Source: Chiloscyllium plagiosum (lineage: Eukaryota). Taken from it: a stretch of DNA of 20,000 bases. Shown piece after piece: positions 1 to 10,124 of the stretch; within the stretch, counting starts at the first letter, position 1, and each line of letters begins with the position of its first letter. The position numbers were made by a program, and so were the translations under genes. The notes beneath the pieces are model-generated. The model saw nothing but the letters and a program-made list of their open reading frames with translations. It had not been told where the DNA came from and did no database searches. The DNA is taken from the NCBI RefSeq assembly GCF_004010195.1, contig NC_057720.1, forward strand, positions 5,470,438 to 5,490,437, in the 5' to 3' direction.

Positions 1-349
1 ACCCTATGACTCAGTGAGCACTGGCCAGTCCAAAGTAAAATAATCGGGAGCAATTTAGTGAATTTTCTCCTTTCTCCTTTGTATTTTTATACTCGCTGAT
101 CGAGTGTTTGTTTTCATAAATCCTAAGTCGATCTTCCTTGGAACCAAAGGCATTCATTTCTCCAGATATTGTTTGTTTAACTCTCCTCTTCTGGACTGGT
201 TGCTGATTTATAAATGTTCAAATTCACTTGCCCAGCTAGAAGTAAAGTTTGCTGCATTTTTCAAAACATAAGAACCATGGAGGATTTAAGACAAGGACTA
301 ATGATCTCCAGTGGGTCCCGTTTACAAATTATGTTAGAGCCATGGGGAT

Positions 350-662
350 GAGGTGGTGACAGAGTGGGAATCCAGAGTCCCAGGCTATTGTCTTTGTTTC
401 TAATTACACCAGAGGAGATAAAAATTCAAATTCAATGAAAATCTGGAATTATAAAAGTTATCCCAGTGGCAGCCATGTAAATATTGTAGTACAATCCCAT
501 CTGGTTCACTAATGTGCTTGAGGGAAGGAAATCTGCTGTCCTTATCTGGTATGACCTCCACAGAACTCCATACTCACGGCAATTGGGTTGACTCTTAATT
601 ACCCTCTGGGCAATTAAGGATGGGAAATCAATGGTCGGTGATCCTGTGAATGAATTTAAAAA
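350..662 (+). mobile_element. Degenerate tRNA-derived shark-type SINE (family with CCATCTGGTTCACTAATG core and GGGCAATAAATGCTGG-type tail)
   Basis: Contains AAAATCTGGAATT, CCCATCTGGTTCACTAATG, GGGAAGGAAATCTGC and GTTGACTCTTAATTACCCTCTGGGCAATTAAGGATGGG, then an A-rich end. Reverse-complement relatives lie at 1241-1560, 16935-17968 and 18635-18975. The 5' boundary is approximate. Confidence 0.8.
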
Positions 663-764
663 GTGTAACCTCTGCTCAGATGGATCTATAGCTCTGGCAG
701 GGTATCCGATATATATAGCACAGCGATGTTCTCTGTGGTTTGGCCAGGAAACTTTAAGGACCAA

Positions 765-869
765 CGGTAAATGTAGGGGTCTGGGTGGGTTGCGCTTCGG
801 CGGGTCGGTGTGAACTTGTTGGGCCGAAGGGCCTGTTTCCACACTGTAATGTAATCTAATCTAATCTAA
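765..869 (+). mobile_element. 3' tail of HE1-type SINE / HER1 (CR1-clade) LINE
   Basis: GGGTCGGTGTGAACTTGTTGGGCCGAAGGGCCTGTTTCCACACTGTA followed by a (TAATC)n microsatellite tail. The same GGCCGAAGGGYCTGTTTCC hairpin ends the other CR1 copies in the window. Confidence 0.85.
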
Positions 870-1099
870 AGTGTCTAATCATTCCCAGTGAAAGGATAGA
901 CGTGTAAGTTTTCTAAATTCCACAAGTATTTTAAAGAAAGGTGTGCACTGTCAAAACTTTTGGTGCACTTTTTGAGTAATATAAATCAGCCTGGTTTTGC
1001 TGTCAGGAAACTGACTGTTTACAGAACATATCCAAGCTATTTTCCGAGGGAAATAGGGTTTGGAGAAGGTACTGAAAGATCCCTGACAATTTTCCGAGT

Positions 1100-1820
1100 T
1101 TGAGGCACGTCACTTACATAGATCCATTGGAAAAGTTGGAGTGAAAGTTGAGGTGAGATTTGATCAAAGTCTGAGCAGCGTAGATTAGGAGAAGCTCTTC
1201 CCATTGATGGGCGGAATGGGAGGGCAGAGATTTAAGTTGGTTTTTCTTTCTAAATTTACAGAATGAGAGCGTTGTTGGCCAGGCCAGCATTTATTATCCA
1301 TCCCTAATAGCCCAAGAGGGCAGTAAGAGTCAATCACATTGCTTTGGGTCTGGAGTCACGTGTAGGCCAGACCAGGTACGTTTGGCAGTTTCCTTTCCCT
1401 AAGGGCATTGGCAAACCATCAACAATGGGTTCATAGTCATCATTAGGTCCTTACTTCCAGATTTTATTGGGTTCAAATTACACCATCTGCCATGAGAGGA
1501 TTTGAACCCAGGTCTCTGGATTGTAGCCTAGCAATAATTCTACTATGCCATTGCCTCCCCTTGGCAAAAGAAGTAATGGGAACATGAGGGGAAATGTTTT
1601 CATGCAGCGTATGTTTAAGGTCTGGCGTGTGCTGCCTGAGATTACAGTCGATGCAGGTTTAATCAAGGCTTTCAAGAGAAAATTAGATTATTATGTACAG
1701 ATGAATAATATGCAGGATTGAAGGCGAGAAGGCAGGAGTGTGGCATTTGATGAATTACTCATTGGGTGAGTCAGTGCTATCATGATGGGCCAAGTGGCCA
1801 CCTCTTCACTGTAATAATTG
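1100..1820 (+). mobile_element. Old CR1 LINE 3' fragment, interrupted by a SINE at 1241-1560
   Basis: Degenerate ORF2 C-terminal motifs (GAGAAGCTCTTCCCATTG...AGATTTAAG; GAAATGTTTTCATGCAGCGT...GTCTGG) and a GATGGGCCAAGTGGCC tail. TTGG occurs on both sides of the SINE. Confidence 0.7.
1241..1560 (-). mobile_element. tRNA-derived SINE, near full length
   Basis: The plus strand reads CCAGCATTTATT..CATCCCTAA..GAGTCAATCACATTGC..CCAGATTTTATTG..GATTTGAACCCAGG, where TTTGAACC is the reverse complement of a B box. Confidence 0.85.
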
Positions 1821-2039
1821 GGTGCTGTCCAATTCTGAGCATACAAACAATCTCTGGCATTTTACCCAACCCTGACCTACACTAATACAGATATCAGACA
1901 TCTGTCTGTTAAAAACAAGAGGTTTTACGTGACATTTGGACAGTTCAAAGCACTTGGCTGTCAATGAAATACTTTTCTTAAAAGTGTAGTCTGACAAAAT
2001 GACTGGTTGGCCTGTTCTTTTGGTGATGTTGTCTGAGGC

Positions 2040-2225
2040 ACAAAGGCCAGGGTGGGGCCAGGACTAGCTCTCCAGCTCTTCGCTGAAAAATCACCATTTT
2101 AACTTTTATATTCTGCCTGAACAGGTCGATGCAGCCCGGTTTAATATCTCTCCTGAAAGACAGCACCTCCAACACAGTAGCACTCCCTCAGTACTTATGC
2201 TGGAATGTCAGCTTGCTTTTGCTGA
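2040..2225 (-). mobile_element. Deu-domain SINE fragment (SacSINE1/AmnSINE-like)
   Basis: The reverse complement reads GTACTGAGGGAGTGCTACTGTGTTGGAGGTGCTGTCTTTCAGGAGAGATATTAAACCG, the Deu-type core as I recall it. A related copy lies at 7575-7826. Confidence 0.7.
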
Positions 2226-2439
2226 GGAACTTGCCATTTACAGGATATTAAAGGTACTACTGTGCTGCTGCTCTGTTTTCCTGTGCTGGAGTGTACCAGG
2301 AGATAATGAGGGTATGGTGAGGGTAAATAGGGGAGTGCATGTTAGTGGGAGGTATAATGAGTGGCTGGCAGGCAGGAAACCATCCTCTGTCTGTGCCCTG
2401 CCTTGTGTGAGTTAGAATTGAGAATGTATATGGGCAACT

Positions 2440-2673
2440 GTTCTGATAACTCCTGCTTGATGCTAATGACCAATGGCCATTGACATTGTTGCTTCAAAGT
2501 CGTTTGCCTTCTCCATGGCAGCACCTCTACCAATCAGTGTCCACTTGCCACCCAATCAACACTCTCCACTCAAACAGTATTAATGTTGATTTTCCTCTGA
2601 CATTGATATTCTTGCAAAGTGTCCTGATGACTGCAAATTTGAATAACTTCAGCAAAATGTGCCTTTTATCAAG
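2440..2673 (+). mobile_element. Old Penelope-like terminal repeat with decayed hammerhead motif
   Basis: CCAATCAG..CCAATCAAC..CAGTATTAA promoter-like stretch, then TTCTTGCAAAGTGTC-CTGATGA(2624-2630)-CTGCAAATTTGAATAACTTCAGC. The family assignment is from recall. Confidence 0.5.
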
Positions 2674-3216
2674 TGGTTTGTGTTGGGCTCGTGCCTCAGG
2701 GTTCAATGCTGCACATTAGAGAGAAAGCCACCTTTGTGTCTGCTCAAATGGTTTCCTTCCACACTGGCGTCGGACCTGAGTGGATTCTCCATAGACTGTT
2801 ATTAGCACCCTTGTATGTGACACAGTTCTCTGACAGTATGTTTGTCACTATTTCAGACAATTCCATCCTTTCTTTACAGCCTCTTACACATCGCTGCTGA
2901 TGACACTGTTGTAAACTGATACATATCACCATTTGATGAGCAAATCCATTCTCATTATCCCACACAAAGCTCCTTCTGATCTGGGTCTCCATTACACCAA
3001 GGGCATCCCCACCCCCACCCCTCCTTCGACCAGAGCCCCAGCTATTCCCAGCTCTGCAGCAAAATGGCTGATGCCACAAAATTGCTGAGTCATCAGGGTT
3101 TCTCCCTCCAGCAGAGACTCGGTCTCTCCCTTTCTCCCTCACCTCCTCTCTCTTTCGCTCCCCCTCTCCCACCCTGCACCCACCCTTGACTGTCAGTCTC
3201 TCTCTTCCTCCTCCCT

Positions 3217-3427
3217 NNNNNNNNNNNNNNNNNNNNNNNNNNNNNNNNNNNNNNNNNNNNNNNNNNNNNNNNNNNNNNNNNNNNNNNNNNNNNNNNNNNN
3301 NNNNNNNNNNNNNNNNNNNNNNNNNNNNNNNNNNNNNNNNNNNNNNNNNNNNNNNNNNNNNNNNNNNNNNNNNNNNNNNNNNNNNNNNNNNNNNNNNNNN
3401 NNNNNNNNNNNNNNNNNNNNNNNNNNN
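3217..3427. other. Assembly gap (211 N) inside a CT-rich simple repeat
   Basis: Run of N flanked by (CT)n and polypyrimidine sequence. Confidence 0.99.
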
Positions 3428-4292
3428 TCTCTCTCTCTCCCTCCCCCCTTCACCACTAACACCCCTGCCCCTTCTGCCTGTGCGTGAATGATGGAATTCC
3501 ATCGGGAGTCTGTGCTATTGGAGATGTGATTGATGTAGATTCTGGGACATGGTTGGGAGTGAGTGGGGCTGAGCCCAGTAGCTCGCTCCTCCCAGTTTCC
3601 AGCACAGGCCTAATTTTTTGGTCCCGTCTGGTGAAGGTGGACCAGTTACATGACTGCGCAGAATCGAAGCTTTGCTTTTACAGTTGCAGCTAGCACAGAT
3701 TAAACAAGTCACCTAACCCCAGGTTTGATGTATAAATAACCTGAAAACCTTTCATAATTACAGGGGAATCCAGCCAACAGGAACAATTCTTCATTCCTGA
3801 TCAGATCTGAGTCAGAAAGAGCCAGAATTAAATGATTTGGCTCCTGGTGATTTGTGATAGCTACCTACAGTGATATATTTATTTTAGATTTACTGTCAAT
3901 TTGGGAATATCCTGGATGGTCATTTGAGGTTGCTCTGCAGTGACCATTAGTGGGCAGGATGAATCCAAGTAACCGTCTGGCCAGCCCTTGGCAGTGTAGG
4001 CACATGTAAATGACTTAGCAACTGGGCAGAGTTAGGAGCGGGTTAAATGGGGGAGAGTGGAATCATGTGGTCTTGGTTTGGTTTGAAGGTGTCAAAGTGC
4101 CATTAACACAAAGGAGCTTTGAAGGATTTATAACTTCCCAATCCAGGGCCTGCACACCCTGATTTGCTCCTGGCCCTGCACCTGCCTTGGGCAGCCCTGA
4201 CCATTAGTGATGATGCCACACGATTCTTGTATCGCACCAGATGTAACGGCCTTAAAGTTCAGCAAAGTTCATCCCGTTGTCTACACCAAAAT

Positions 4293-4373
4293 CAGAAATC
4301 ACTGGAGAAGCTCGGCATCTCTATGGAGAGAGAAACTGAGTTAATGTTTCAAATCCAATGACTCTTCTGGAAA
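4293..4373 (-). mobile_element. Short Penelope-like tail insertion with truncated, decayed hammerhead
   Basis: The reverse complement reads AGAAGAGTCATTGGATTTGAAACATTAACTCAG..., similar to the 6230-6465 element. Candidate TSD ACCAAAAT at 4285-4292 and 4374-4381. Confidence 0.65.
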
Positions 4374-4698
4374 ACCAAAATGGTTTACACTGATTTGAAA
4401 GTGCACCCTGAAACTCTACGTTGAGGGCAGATGGACCAACTGTGATGGTAGCACCCGACACTTTGTGTACGGATCCACACACGCAGTGTTTCATGTACCC
4501 ATCTGCTGCCTGGTTACTTTGCAGGAATTAGCCCTTTGCAAAGTCAGGACTATCCAATGCACAACATTTTGTTTACACTGACGTAGCACCTTTGTGATAG
4601 TAAAATGTTCCACGATGCGTGGCAGCAACATTGCCAAGCTGAATTATAGACCATGTCACAATCTTGTACCCTCTCCCTGTGGGGGAGGGGAGGGGTAT

Positions 4699-4974
4699 TT
4701 AATCAGATGGATGGGTGACAGTGGGGTCACTGCCCCCGTGTGATGCCGCTCTGATGGAATCCATGGGGGATGACCTGTGAATGACTTTCATGAATGTTTG
4801 AGTCTGACACCAATGTGTGCAGTGTCCCACTGAGCCCTGGGCTGAGCACAAACAGCCTTGTAGTGGATACAATGGCCTGGTTTCCATCTGCGAGCATGAA
4901 CTGGAGAGGGACTTCCATTCACCTGAGTCTGGCCCTGACCCCATTTCCAAGTCAGAACCAGATGCACTTCCAAC
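4699..4974 (-). CDS. Candidate terminal coding exon (91 aa, unidentified)
   Basis: Long polypyrimidine tract plus TAAATAG acceptor, then open frame VGSASGSDLEMGSGPDSGEWKSLSSS...PTVTHPSD*. AATAAA lies on the minus strand at 3878-3883. No homology recognised, and the tract is a microsatellite. Confidence 0.2.
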   Translation of the reverse strand, partial: VGSASGSDLEMGSGPDSGEWKSLSSSCSQMETRPLYPLQGCLCSAQGSVGHCTHWCQTQTFMKVIHRSSPMDSIRAASHGGSDPTVTHPSD

Positions 4975-4980
4975 CTATTT

Positions 4981-5057
4981 AGAGGGAGAAAGAGAAAGAG
5001 AAAGAGAGAGAAAGAAAGAGAGAGAAAGAGAAAGAGAGAGAGACACACACACACACA
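4981..5057. repeat. Compound (GA/GAAAGA)n-(CA)n microsatellite
   Basis: Direct reading of the sequence. Confidence 0.95.
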
Positions 5058-5154
5058 AAGGCACAAAGGGACACATCCTGGGCTTTAGCAATCCCTTGTC
5101 TTAGTATTAATGCAGTGATGAGGTGGGAACTCACCATTCAGGGACCATGGCAAT

Positions 5155-5470
5155 AATAAGACCATAAGATGTAGGAGCAGATATAGGCCATTCCGCTCAT
5201 CAAGTCTGCTCCACCATTCAATGACATATCGTGGCTGATCTAATAATCCTGAATTCCACTTTGCTACCTTTTCCTCATAGCCCTTGATCTCCTTACTAAT
5301 TAGAAATCTGTCTCAGCCTCGAGAAAACAAAATGACCCAGCCTCAGGAGCTCTCTGCAGTAAATAATTCCACAGACTCTCCGCTCTCTGGGAGACAAAAT
5401 TCCTCCTCAGCTCTGTGCTAACTGGGTGACTCCTAATACCAAGGTCTTAGACTCCCCCACAGGGGAAACT
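5155..5470 (-). mobile_element. CR1 LINE 3' end
   Basis: (TAAGACCA)n tail, TAGGAGCAGATATAGGCCATT..CTCCACCATTCAAT..GGCTGATCT and AATTCCACAGA..AAATTCCTCCTCA, which are the antisense of the CR1 3' UTR and ORF2 end. Confidence 0.85.
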
Positions 5471-5504
5471 GTCTGTACAGTGTAGAAGGTGGGTCAAGAG
5501 CAAT

Positions 5505-5552
5505 GCTGCAAATGGCTTACTCCTTCTCCTATGTGATGGTCTTATGGTCTTG
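5505..5552 (+). mobile_element. Short CR1 tail remnant
   Basis: AATGGCTTACTCCTTCTCCTATGTGATGGTCTTATGGTCTT, inverted relative to the tail at 5155-5195. Confidence 0.65.
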
Positions 5553-6019
5553 AGGAGATTGTAGGCCAAAGATTGGTGTATTTTGGTGTCTCTAGAAAAG
5601 GCCAGGCACCAGGTCAAAGAAAACAATAGCTTCTGTACACCTGCATTAAAATTACAACCCTCACTACAGTGCAAAGAGTCATTGTAAAGATGGAAAATTT
5701 GAATGACTTGAATTTTAAATTGATTATTCATTGGGGAGCATGATATTCAAGCAACACAATTGAATTGACAATGACTTGTCCTTGAGAACTGCAGAATAGT
5801 GTCTGTTACAGTGGGCTCTATGAATGGCTTCTCTGTTGATGGGAGAATTAGGAACTGCATTACGTAGGAGCTGAGTGATTCTCAGTGAGGCATGGGCAGT
5901 TTAATAGAGGTGAAAGCTTCCTGCTGTGACTGGACTGAGTTTCTGTCCCTGACTGCCTCAGTCTGCCAGCTGGAGTCTCCAATCGAGGCATGCGAGTGGG
6001 CAGTGCAAAGGTACTGACT

Positions 6020-6120
6020 GGGAAAAGATACTGAGTCTGATGCTCATTCAGAGAGCTGGAGCAGACTCAATGGGCCGAATGGCCTCCTCTGCACTATAAC
6101 AATCCTTTGATTCTGTTCTG
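6020..6120 (+). mobile_element. CR1 3' tail remnant
   Basis: GAGAGCTGGAGCAGACTCAATGGGCCGAATGGCCTCCTCTGCACTATAA..GATTCTG. Confidence 0.75.
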
Positions 6121-6229
6121 TGAATGGTACCTTCAGCCAGGCACTTCACAAGCTTCGGCACTTAAAACAGAGTTTGTCAATCCTAGACCGTAAACTCTCT
6201 CCCCATCTTGTTTGCAGGATTGAGAAACC

Positions 6230-6465
6230 AAAACAACTGCGGTGCTGTATGAGTCAGAAACAAAAACAGAAATTGCTGGAAAAGCTCAGCAGGTCTGGCA
6301 GCATCCATGGAGAGAAATCAGAGTTAATGCTTTGGGTCTGGTTCTGAGGAAGGATCATCAGACCTGAAACATTAACTCTGAGTTCAGAACATAGATGCCG
6401 CCAGACCTGCTGAGCTTTTCCAGCAATTTCTGCTTTTGTTTCTTATTTACAGGAGTATTTGCTTT
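6230..6465 (+). mobile_element. Fold-back (inverted-repeat) Penelope-like element with central hammerhead motif
   Basis: Arms 6256-6340 and 6359-6443 are reverse complements (AGAAACAAAAACAGAAATTGCTGGAAAAGCTCAGCAGGTCTGGC vs GCCAGACCTGCTGAGCTTTTCCAGCAATTTCTGCTTTTGTTTCT). The centre reads CTGAGGA-AGGATCATCAGACCT-GAAAC-ATT at 6344-6373. Confidence 0.85.
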
Positions 6466-6559
6466 CTCTTGTTAATTATTAATTCCTTTACTTTGCATTC
6501 GGAGAGCAGCTGCCCTGTCTTTCAGACTTGCACAAAACACATCAGCCTCCTGGTCCAAG

Positions 6560-6660
6560 CACAGGTGGCTGGGACTAGTTTCGTTTGGGATTATGGTCAC
6601 CTTGGATTGGTTGGGCCGAAGGGTCTGTTTCCATGCTGTATGATTCTATGACTCTATAAC
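6560..6660 (+). mobile_element. CR1/HER1 3' tail
   Basis: GGTTGGGCCGAAGGGTCTGTTTCCATGCTGTATGATTCTATGACTCTAT; near match to 11415-11463. Confidence 0.85.
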
Positions 6661-6890
6661 TAGCTCCTTTTTGAAAACATTTGATGTTTTGGCCTCAACT
6701 GCTTGCTGTGGTAGTGAATTCCACAGGTTCCCCACTCTCTGCATGAGGATATTGCTCCTCATCTCAGTCCGAAATAGCCTACCCCATAGACTGTGACCCC
6801 CTGGTTATGGATTCCCCAATCACCGGGAACATCCTTCTTGTGTCTACCTTGTCTTGTCCTGTTAGACTTTTGTAGGTTTCTGTGAGATAA
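6661..6890 (-). mobile_element. CR1 ORF2 C-terminal fragment
   Basis: GGCCTCAACTGCT..GGTAGTGAATTCCACAGGTTCCCCACTCTCTG is the antisense of an 'RVGNLWNSLP..AVEA' motif. Confidence 0.8.
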
Positions 6891-6945
6891 CGCCCGCAAA
6901 TGAAGGCGTTCAAACTTGGATCAGAATTGGCTCAACATTGAGGGG

Positions 6946-7028
6946 CGAGGTTAGAATGGTGCTGTGAAAGCACAGCAGGTCAGGCAGTATCCGAGGAGCA
7001 GGAAAATCGACGTTTTGGGCAAAAGCCT
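6946..7028 (-). mobile_element. Short Penelope-like tail insertion, hammerhead truncated in the core
   Basis: The reverse complement reads GAAGGCTTTTGCCCAAAACGTCGATTTTCCTGCTCCTCGGATACTGCCTGACCTGCTG. TSD TCAACAYTGAGGGG at 6932-6945 and 7029-7042. Confidence 0.85.
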
Positions 7029-7225
7029 TCAACACTGAGGGGTGCAAAAGCAAAATGTCATTTTCCCAAAGGAAATTGGAGCTCACATATTCATTAAGAA
7101 ACAGAAAGCGTGAACTGCTGAACCAGTGAGAATAATGAACAGATAGGTCTGCTAGGGGAATATGAACCTTTCTGTTTTAGCCACTGACCTGCAAAGTGCC
7201 TCTGCTGATTTCATTTGTGCCTCAG

Positions 7226-7295
7226 GAAGCAGTAAGAACACTCCCATTATTTAAGGGCAGCAGGCAGAAACAAACTGCACGACAACTAGTGATAG
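7226..7295 (+). CDS. Candidate internal exon (unidentified)
   Basis: TTTCATTTGTGCCTCAG acceptor and AG|GTGAGG donor. Only one frame is open: EAVRTLPLFKGSRQKQTARQLVI plus 1 nt. Confidence 0.25.
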
Positions 7296-7574
7296 GTGAG
7301 GACCGCTTTTTCAAAGGAATTGTGACCACATCTGACAAACAATGATGTGGCTGCTCATTACTTTGGAACGTGGTTTCCTTTTTGTTTGACCAAAGAACTG
7401 GCTTGTGGGCCACTGGAGCTATTTTTAAATCACTTCTCATTTCCAAAACCCATCATTTGTGGCAGTCCCGTCATCCAACGGTTGTATTTTCTCTTGGAGC
7501 TCTGCCCTCTGTCTCCAAAGTCTTGCAGGGTTTGATCGAGCGTGGTTTGGAAGGAAATACTGAGCTAGAGGTTG

Positions 7575-7826
7575 GATTTCCAATCCAGAGACTCTCGCAC
7601 AACAAATCAGGCTGACTCCACATCGGAGCACAATGTTGTCAGAGGTGCCACCTTTCAGAGACGATGAAACGAGGCTTCGTTTACTCCCGAAGGAAGATGT
7701 GAAAATCCTGTGGCTTTTTTTTTAAGCAGAGCTGTGAGTTTGCCCTGTTGACCTGGCTGGTTTGTCTCCCCCACCCGACGCTGCAACAATTGCTCATTAT
7801 CACATTGTTGTTGTGTGGGAGCTTAC
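7575..7826 (+). mobile_element. Deu-domain SINE, degenerate
   Basis: TCAGGCTGACTCCA..TGTCAGAGGTGCCACCTTTCAGAGACGATGAAACGAGGC..GATGTGAAAATCCTGTGGC..CATTATCACATTGTTGTTGTGTGGGAGCTT. Confidence 0.7.
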
Positions 7827-7829
7827 AGT

Positions 7830-8250
7830 CACTGAGTCATAGAGTTGTACAGCATGGAAACAGACCCTTTGGTCCAATTCATCCATGCTGAAAATGTGTT
7901 GCTGGAAAAGCGCAGCAGGTCAGGCAGCATCCAGGGAACAGGAGAATCGACGTTTTGGGCATAAGCCCTTCTTCAGGAATTCATCCATGTCAACCAAATG
8001 TCCTAAATAAATCTTGTCCAGTTTGCCAGCATTTGGCCCATACCTCTTTAAACCTTTTCTATTCATATACCCATGCCTTTTAAATGTTGTAACTGTACCA
8101 GTCTCCACAACTTCTCCTGGCAGCTCATTCCATATATGCGCCTTCCTCTGCGTGAAAAAGTTACCCCTCAGGTCTCTTTTAAATCTTTCACCTCTCACCC
8201 TCAACCTGTGACTCTTAGTTTTGGACTGACTACCTTGTTCCCAGCATTGA
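7830..8250 (-). mobile_element. CR1/HER1 LINE 3' end, interrupted at 7888-7977
   Basis: Translates to HRLRVRGERFKRDLRGNFFTQRKAHIWNELPGEVVETGT, homologous to the end of ORF 10756-11385. Confidence 0.92.
7888..7977 (-). mobile_element. Short Penelope-like tail insertion with hammerhead (G12 mutated to A)
   Basis: The reverse complement reads CTGAAGA-A-GGGC-TTAT-GCCC-AAAAC-GTC (7976-7949). Perfect 12-bp TSD AATTCATCCATG at 7876-7887 and 7978-7989. Confidence 0.9.
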
Positions 8251-8290
8251 TAACACTTTGAATTACTTTGTTGGTTGTGCGGTTTCTCAG

Positions 8291-8385
8291 ATGCCCTGAG
8301 CTTGATAACTGCGCTCAATAACACAACGTTCTTTCAGCAGATTGCGACCTTTGCCCTGAATTGGGTAGCTCAGCATTTTCTAATG
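8291..8385 (+). CDS. Candidate internal exon (unidentified)
   Basis: GGTTTCTCAG acceptor and ATG|GTAAAT donor. Only one frame is open (ALSLITALNNTTFFQQIATFALNWVAQHFLM), and it is phase-compatible with 7226-7295. Confidence 0.25.
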
Positions 8386-8427
8386 GTAAATGGGCCACCT
8401 GCCTCACCTATGCCCTTGTCACGTTTT

Positions 8428-9882
8428 GGGAACTGACACACCCCATGGCACCCTCTGGTAACCCACACCCCTTGGCATCCTCCAGGAACTCCCACCTCGT
8501 GGCAACCTCTGGGAACTCACACCCCATGGGAACCCAAACCCAATGGCACCCTCCAGGAACCCACACCCCATGGGAACCCACACCAAATGGCACCATCCAG
8601 GAACCCACAACCCATGGGAACCCAAACCCAATGGCACCCTCCAGGAACCCACACCCCATGGGAACCCACACCCAATGGCACCATCCAGGAACCCACACCC
8701 CATGGGAACCCAAACCCAATGGCACCCTCCAGGAACCCACACCCCATAGATACCCACACCCAATGTCACCCTCCAGGAACCCACACCCCATGGGAACCCA
8801 CACCCAATGGCACCCTCCAGGAACCCACACCCCATGGGAACCCACACCCAATGGCACCATCCAGGAACCCACACCCCATGGATACCCAAACCCAATGGCA
8901 CCCTCCAGGAACCCACACCCCATGGGAACCCACACCCAATGGCACCCTCCAAGTACCCACACCCCATGACAACCTCCAGGAGCCAACACCCCATGACAAC
9001 CTCCAGGAGCCAACACTCCATGACACCCTCCAGCAACCCACACCTTGTGGCACCCTCCAGGAACCCTCACACAATGGCACCCTGCGGGAACCCACACCCC
9101 ATGGCACCCTGTGGGTACTCACACCCCATGGCACCCTGCGGGTATTCACACTGCATGGCACCGTTTGGGAACTCACACCCCATGGTATCCTCTGGGAACC
9201 CACACCTCATGGCACCCTGTGGGACTCCACACCCGATGGCCCCCTCTGGGAACCCACACTCGATGGCCCCCTCTGGGAACTCACACTCCATGGCACCCTC
9301 TGAGACCCCACACCCCATGGCACCCTTGGGACCCCACACCCCATGGCATCCTGTGGGACCCCACACCCCATGGCACCCTCGGGGAACCCACACACCATGG
9401 CACCCTGCGGGAACTCACACCCAATGGCACCCTCTGGGAACCCACACACCATGGCACCCTACGGGAACTCACACCCAAAGGCACCCTCTTGGAACCCACA
9501 CACCATGGCATCCTCTGGGAACACACACTCCATGGCACCCTCTGGGACCCCATACCCGATGGCCCCCTCTGGGACCCCACACCCCATAGCACCCTCTGGG
9601 ACCCGAAACCCCATGGCACCCTCTGGGAACCCACACCCCATGGCACCCTCTCGGAACCCACACCCCATGGCACCCTCTGGAAATCACATCCGATTGCACC
9701 CTGTGGGAACCCACACCCCATGGCACCCTATGGGAACTCACAACCATGGCACCTTCTGGGAACCCACACCCCATGGCACCCTATGGGAACCCACACTCCA
9801 TGGCACCCTATGGGAACCCACACCTCATTGTATCTTTCGGGAGCCAACACCCCATTGCACCCTGTGGAAACTGACCCCCATG
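8428..9882. repeat. C-rich minisatellite: 27-bp unit with an embedded array of 44-bp units
   Basis: Unit ACCCACACCCCATGGCACCCTCTGGGA (27 bp). About 8515-8953 consists of roughly 10 units of 44 bp (17+27). The ORF track shows matching 9-aa and 44-aa periodicities. Confidence 0.97.
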
Positions 9883-10124
9883 TGTCCTCCTGGCTGGTTT
9901 CGATCACCTGAGGGGATCGAGCAATAATTTTTCAGATTTTTAAAATATCTTTCTTAGGGTGAGTGGGCTGTGGGATGGGGATGGAGGGAGGACATGCAGT
10001 GGTGGTAGAGGTGTTTGAACACTACTGTCTCATCAGTTGTGAGTGACAATTAACTCTTTACGATTCAATAATTTTCATCTGTTTGTAAGGTCTAAAGGAA
10101 GTGAGATTAATGCAGAGATGGGTT

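Noticed and set aside
2895..2925. CTGATGA followed by TAAAC as another hammerhead
   Set aside because: There is no GAAA box, no convincing stem II and no Penelope-like tail.
2744..3502. 252-aa ORF and neighbouring ORFs
   Set aside because: They are read through a 211-N gap and a CT/GA simple repeat.
5155..5552. Inverted termini suggesting a DNA transposon
   Set aside because: Both ends are ordinary CR1 3' tails in opposite orientation.
8428..9882. CRISPR-like array
   Set aside because: The units are contiguous with no unique spacers, there are no cas genes, and the context is vertebrate.
8361..9927. Many overlapping ORFs of up to 288 aa, rich in Pro/His/Gly
   Set aside because: They arise from a nearly stop-free tandem repeat that is open on both strands and changes frame with the 44-bp units; there is no evidence of coding.
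9936..9958. 23-nt micro-exon with a strong GTGAGT donor
   Set aside because: It is too short to evaluate, and its phase does not link to the next candidate at 11829.
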